DNA of 64,000 nt, from contig CAXXTH010000022.1 in the NCBI GenBank assembly GCA_963668025.2, positions 32,001 through 96,000 of the forward strand, written 5' to 3'. Position 1 is the stretch's first letter, and each line of letters starts with the position of its first letter. A model generated the notes under the pieces. That model was not told the origin of the DNA. It was given only the letters and a program-made list of their open reading frames with translations, and ran no database searches. A program made the translations under genes and the position numbers. Source of the DNA: Candidatus Hydrogenedentota bacterium. GTDB lineage: Bacteria > Hydrogenedentota > Hydrogenedentia > Hydrogenedentales > SLHB01. Below are positions 59,554 to 64,000 of the stretch, in pieces.

Positions 59554-60272
59554 TGGAACACGTAGCAGGCCGTATTCCGGTATTGGAGTGTTTGCGCGCC
59601 CAGAAACGGGCAGCCCATAAGCTCTATGTCCTCGCAGGTGCGAGGGGCATTGAAGATATCCTGCGCGCCGCTTCGCAAATCTCCGTTATCGAGTGCTCCC
59701 GGCAGGATCTTGACCGCCTGCTCCCGGACACGGTGCATCAAGGCGTGGTGCTCGAAGCAGAACCGCTGCCGGTGCTCGATATCGGTGATTGGCTGGAACG
59801 CTTGGAACAGCCAAATGCGGTCGCGGCTGTCCTAGACGAAATTGAAGATCCGCACAATTTCGGCGCGATTGTCCGCTCTGCGGCGGCATGCGGCGCGTGC
59901 GGGGTTATCTTTGGGAAACACCGCACCGCCCCCATCTCCCCCGCCGCCATGAAAAGTGCGGCGGGCGCCATGGAATATATCGACATGGTTCAAGCGCCTA
60001 ATCTCGCCAAAGGCTTGGAACAGCTCAAAAAAGCCGGTTTTTGGGTGGCGGCTTTGGATGCGGACGCCCCGCAACTGCTTTGGGAAGCTGATCTGACAGG
60101 GCGTATCGCCCTCGTGATCGGCAACGAAGGCAAAGGCATCCGCCGCCTTATCAACGAGAAATGCGACTTCCACTTGCGCATCCCGTTGTCAGGCCCCATC
60201 ACCTCCTTGAACGCCTCCACGAGCGCCGCCATCGCCTTAGCGGAATGCCTCCGGCAACGTCATGCGCACTGA
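59550..60272 (+). CDS. rlmB: 23S rRNA Gm2251 methyltransferase (SpoU/TrmH family)
   Basis: HQGVV, LDEIEDPHNFGAIVRSA, SAAGA, GNEGKG, SLNAS motifs. Confidence 0.93.
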   Translation: MMEHVAGRIPVLECLRAQKRAAHKLYVLAGARGIEDILRAASQISVIECSRQDLDRLLPDTVHQGVVLEAEPLPVLDIGDWLERLEQPNAVAAVLDEIEDPHNFGAIVRSAAACGACGVIFGKHRTAPISPAAMKSAAGAMEYIDMVQAPNLAKGLEQLKKAGFWVAALDADAPQLLWEADLTGRIALVIGNEGKGIRRLINEKCDFHLRIPLSGPITSLNASTSAAIALAECLRQRHAH

Positions 60273-60418
60273 AAAGAACCCGCAAAAAGCGCTTTTCCTT
60301 TTAGAAACCGTTTAGCAAATGTGATTTATTGTTGTAATAGTACATTGCTATATAAACTTTATCTTCCTGTATGTTATTGTCTATGGGTGGATTTTTATTG
60401 GGGAAGGAGAAGTAAGCC

Positions 60419-61502
60419 ATGGGTGATGTGCCGAAGACAATGCGCGCGGTGGTTTGCCATGGGGTGCGGGACTACCGGCTCGAAGAGAAGCCCGTTCCGC
60501 AGCCGGGGCCTGGCGAGGTATTGATGCGGGTGCGTGATTGCGGGGTATGCGCGAGCGATATAAAGTGCTACACAGGCGCGCCGTTGTTTTGGGGCGATGC
60601 ACACCGCAAGCCGTATGTGGAGCCGCCGGTGACGCCAGGGCATGAGTTTACCGGCTACGTGGCGGCGCTAGGTTCAGGGGCGGCGGAGAAACACCAGGTG
60701 GCGGTGGGCGATTCGATTGTGGCGGAACAGGTGGTTCCTTGTGAATCGTGCATGTACTGCCGCCGGGGCTGGTATTGGATGTGCATCAAGGCCCAGGTGT
60801 TCGGCTTCAAACAAGCCGTACAGGGCGGGATGGCGGAATATATGATCCTGCCTGCCGCATCGCGCATCTACAAGGTTCCGGAGACCATTTCCGAGAAGCA
60901 GGCCGCGCTCATCGAACCGTTGGGCTGCGCACTGCATGCCGTCGAGCGTGGCACTATTAAGTTAGGCGATGTGGTGGTGCAAGTGGGCTGCGGCACGCTT
61001 GGCCTGTGCATGGTGGCGGCGGAACGGCTGAAAAACCCTGGATTACTGATCGCGCTGGATCTGATCGATTCGCGGCTGGCGCTGGCTAAGCAATTCGGCG
61101 CGGATGTAGTGATGAATCCGGGCAAACATGATGTGGTGAAGGAAGTATTGGCGCTGACAGACGGATACGGTTGCGATGTGCTGATCGAAGCGACGGGAAA
61201 ACGCGGAAGCGATAACGCCTTCGCTGCATATGCTGCGCAAGCTGGGGGTGTTTGTCGAATTCAGCGTGATGCGGGAATCCTCGAAGGTGGACTGGACCAT
61301 CATTGGGGATGGCAAGGAACTCGATATTCGCGGAGCGCATCTCGCGCCATATACGTTCCCGACGGCTATCAGCTATCTGGAGCGGGGCTTAATCGCCATC
61401 GAGCCAATCATCACCCATCATCTGCCGCTGGAATCGTTTGAAGAAGGGCTCCACGCCGTGGAGCATCCATCGGACTCGATCAAAGTATTACTGAAACCCT
61501 AA
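60419..61502 (+). CDS. Zinc-dependent polyol dehydrogenase (erythritol/L-threitol dehydrogenase EltD-like), one frameshift near 61200
   Basis: AVVCHG..DYRLEE, CASDIKC..GA..FWGD, PGHE, CxxCxxC. The second frame continues LRKLGVFVEFSV...DWTIIGDGKELDIRGAHL...IKVLLKP. Confidence 0.85.
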
Positions 61503-61522
61503 ACGAATACACAATAAAAGGT

Positions 61523-61544
61523 GTAGGGTGGGGCTTGCCCCACC
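61523..61544 (+). repeat. GTAG-type REP palindrome
   Basis: GTAG followed by GGTGGGGC-TT-GCCCCACC, about 20 nt after the stop codon. Confidence 0.65.
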
Positions 61545-62059
61545 ACCCAAGGGATACGCCGACATAAACTGAATACAACTACTTGATATACGATGGATTC
61601 AAAAGGAGATTTTTGCAAGAAAACAACATTTTGGGTAACACTTTAGCCAACCGAAGCAGCATTTGATGTATTTTGGCCTTGTTTATTCCATCGCAACGGT
61701 ATTGATGCGCCATATTTTATGTAACGGTTGGCGCACTCGCCGGTCATTCTTAACCGCTTGGGTAAAATGTTACCGATTTTGTTTTCGGTTTTTTTCTCAC
61801 ATGCATAAATGAGCTTCACTGGAAAAGAGCGGTGAAGAATAACCTCTCCAAGAAACCTCTCCAAGAAACCATGCATTCTCTACGCCTCCGCGTTAATCGG
61901 TAAATCATACAAACCTTTCCCATTTTGAAACAAGCGTTATATGTTAGCATCTTATACGCTAATGAATGGCTTGGTGCAGAATTCCATATGGTGACAATCG
62001 GGGATGGGAATGCAATGCTTTCCGGCATTTGCGCCAGCAACAAAATAGAGGATTCACGC

Positions 62060-64000
62060 ATGAAAAAGACAATCATGCTATTAGCGCTTTTTCTCGCATT
62101 CGGCGTGTTTTCGGCGTTCGCCTTTGAATATGGCGAGCCGATGGTGGTGGTGGACACCAATATGTTGAAAAGTCCATTGAAACCGTTTGTGTTGCGTTTT
62201 ACTGAGGAAGAGCTGATGTCGCAGCCGATCTGGAACACGCAGGTCGACGCAATCCTGGTTCCTGAAAACGCGCCTTCGCCCATTATGGCCGGCGCGGAAG
62301 AATTGCGCGACACGATTCGTGGCTACCATCTTGGTGAAGTCGAGATTATATCGGCCAGCGTGAACGGGAAGATCCTTCCCAAGCATTTGATTGGCAAGAA
62401 TTGTATTGTACTGGGTGTGCCGCAAGATTTTAAGCTTGCGGCTTCACTTGCGAAGCAAGCGAAGCTTGATGTTACTATTGATACCTACAACGAAGATGGC
62501 TTCCATATTACACCTATATCTCAGGATGGCGCGCAACTCCTATTCGTCACGTCGCCAGTGCCGCGTGGCGTCATGTATGGCGCATTCGAGATCGAAGAAC
62601 GCACGACCCATCGTGGTGTGCCTCGCATCGACCAGGCGTTTATGCCGCGTGCGCGATATCGCGGCTGGCATATGTACCAGTGGAAATCCATGCCGCCGGA
62701 AACCTGCGGCCATTGGCGGCTGAACATTGCCGACCTTAGCGGTGCGCCAAGAGTCCTGTTGAATTGTCCCGACTACCCGGAATTAAGCGCTGGCATGGAT
62801 GTGAAGGCGAACGAGGAAGCCATCGCATGGCACCGCGCCCAGATGCAGAAAAACGCCAAATACGGCATTATCCAGCGCATCAGCATCAATCCACTGACCA
62901 TGCAGTTTACCTATGCGGGCATGTATGAAGGCGCCAAGATCATGGAGAAGAAATTCCCAGGCATACTGGCGCGCCCACTAGATGAAAACAGCCACACCTT
63001 CTGCCCGTCGCACCCGGAAACAAAGCGTTTTGTCGCCAATTCCGTCCGCGAGTTCATGGGCTTTTTCCCCGAAACGCAGATGGTCGTGTTCCAGATGCAA
63101 GATGAAGGCGGCGAGATGCAGTGCCACTGCGGGAAATGCGAGCAATGGCCCTATTATAAACGATTTATCGAATACACCAATCTCGCGATGGATACGGCTC
63201 GTGAAATCAATCCCAATGTTCGGTTCATGATCTATGGCATGGGTGCGTGTAACTTGATTAAATTGATCGACGGCAAAGTCGCTGACGGCCCTTGCGTGGG
63301 GCTCGACCTGCTGTACGACGGCCTGAAGGATAGGCTGGAAATGATCCAGCTCATGGCGACCTCTCCTCCGGGATTCGATGTGCAGAGCTGGTTCTCACCC
63401 GACTCGACCGCCATGGGCCACGGCCTGCCGCTGTATTATATGTTTAAGTGGTTTGAAGCTGGCGGTCCAGCCATCGCATCACCAATCTCGTCGAGCATGA
63501 GCCACCTTGGCTGGCAATTACCTGTTTACCTGGAAAAGATCAACAAATATCTCCTGCCTGGCATGAGCACGGTAGGCGGCGATAGCCTCGTAACGGGCGT
63601 CGATGTGGCCCTGTGGCACGAAGACCTTGACCCGGCCGTCTACATGCGCAACTGGTGCCGTGTAAAATACGGTGAAGTAGCGGGTAATTACGTATTCAAT
63701 GCGATTGACGAAACATATAAGATTACCAATGCCTTCAATGTAAATCCTACAACTAATAACAGCATCACGATGTATCGCTGGACTAAGCCGGGCCAGCCCT
63801 GGTCGGCTGATATGAATGGCCTGACGGCCATCGGCCTCGGACACGACGAGTTCAAACAGACGACTATCGACAGCATTGCCAAACAGGGCTTCATGATCCC
63901 CGATACGACCCAACCGAAAGACCTGCAGGAAATAACAGACGTGTCATTCGCCAAATGGGTTGACCGATTCGACATGCTAGAAGAACGGGCCATTGCCGCA
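62060..64000 (+). CDS. Secreted putative glycoside hydrolase (GH20b-like N-domain plus barrel), runs off the window end
   Basis: Manual translation: MKKTIMLLALFLAFGVFSAFA signal; EDGFHI...PRGVMYGAFEI; PRARYRG; FCPSHP; MQDEGGEMQCHCGKC. Absent from the ORF track because it has no stop in the window. Confidence 0.75.
   Translation, partial: MKKTIMLLALFLAFGVFSAFAFEYGEPMVVVDTNMLKSPLKPFVLRFTEEELMSQPIWNTQVDAILVPENAPSPIMAGAEELRDTIRGYHLGEVEIISASVNGKILPKHLIGKNCIVLGVPQDFKLAASLAKQAKLDVTIDTYNEDGFHITPISQDGAQLLFVTSPVPRGVMYGAFEIEERTTHRGVPRIDQAFMPRARYRGWHMYQWKSMPPETCGHWRLNIADLSGAPRVLLNCPDYPELSAGMDVKANEEAIAWHRAQMQKNAKYGIIQRISINPLTMQFTYAGMYEGAKIMEKKFPGILARPLDENSHTFCPSHPETKRFVANSVREFMGFFPETQMVVFQMQDEGGEMQCHCGKCEQWPYYKRFIEYTNLAMDTAREINPNVRFMIYGMGACNLIKLIDGKVADGPCVGLDLLYDGLKDRLEMIQLMATSPPGFDVQSWFSPDSTAMGHGLPLYYMFKWFEAGGPAIASPISSSMSHLGWQLPVYLEKINKYLLPGMSTVGGDSLVTGVDVALWHEDLDPAVYMRNWCRVKYGEVAGNYVFNAIDETYKITNAFNVNPTTNNSITMYRWTKPGQPWSADMNGLTAIGLGHDEFKQTTIDSIAKQGFMIPDTTQPKDLQEITDVSFAKWVDRFDMLEERAIAA

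Noticed and set aside
61841-61870. 13-bp tandem repeat AACCTCTCCAAGA x2
   Set aside because: Isolated short duplication with no further evidence of function.
1-64000. tRNA, rRNA, prophage, IS transposase or integrase
   Set aside because: No cloverleaf or rRNA signature in intergenic DNA and no such protein motifs by eye. tRNAscan/cmscan were not run.

Overview
Chromosomal 64-kb window from a GC-rich (by eye), CAZyme-rich bacterium. Gene style suggests an uncultured lineage such as Ca. Hydrogenedentota, which is inference only. Housekeeping genes lie at the ends (rdgB fragment, typA, thrS, rlmB, HAL2-type nucleotidase). The middle holds two carbohydrate loci. The first (9.9-20.2 kb) is an AraC regulator divergent from a sugar porter, two paralogous GH36-like enzymes with different C-termini, and a URO-D/MtaA-fold protein. 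The second (25.3-46.3 kb) is a PHP metallohydrolase, a GH20, five tandem paralogous secreted ~750-790 aa proteins that I cannot place in a named GH family, and a large GH2; a sixth distant relative starts at 62060. Also present: a 5' fragment of a class C group II intron directly after the cspA terminator, a GH2-like protein lacking its catalytic glutamates, an unannotated 34-aa probable NSS transporter small subunit, several operator-like palindromes and short dispersed inverted repeats. Nine frameshifts are each repaired by removing one base from a short run and look like sequencing error. No rRNA, tRNA, CRISPR array or intact mobile element was seen. All family calls come from motif recognition, not database searches.
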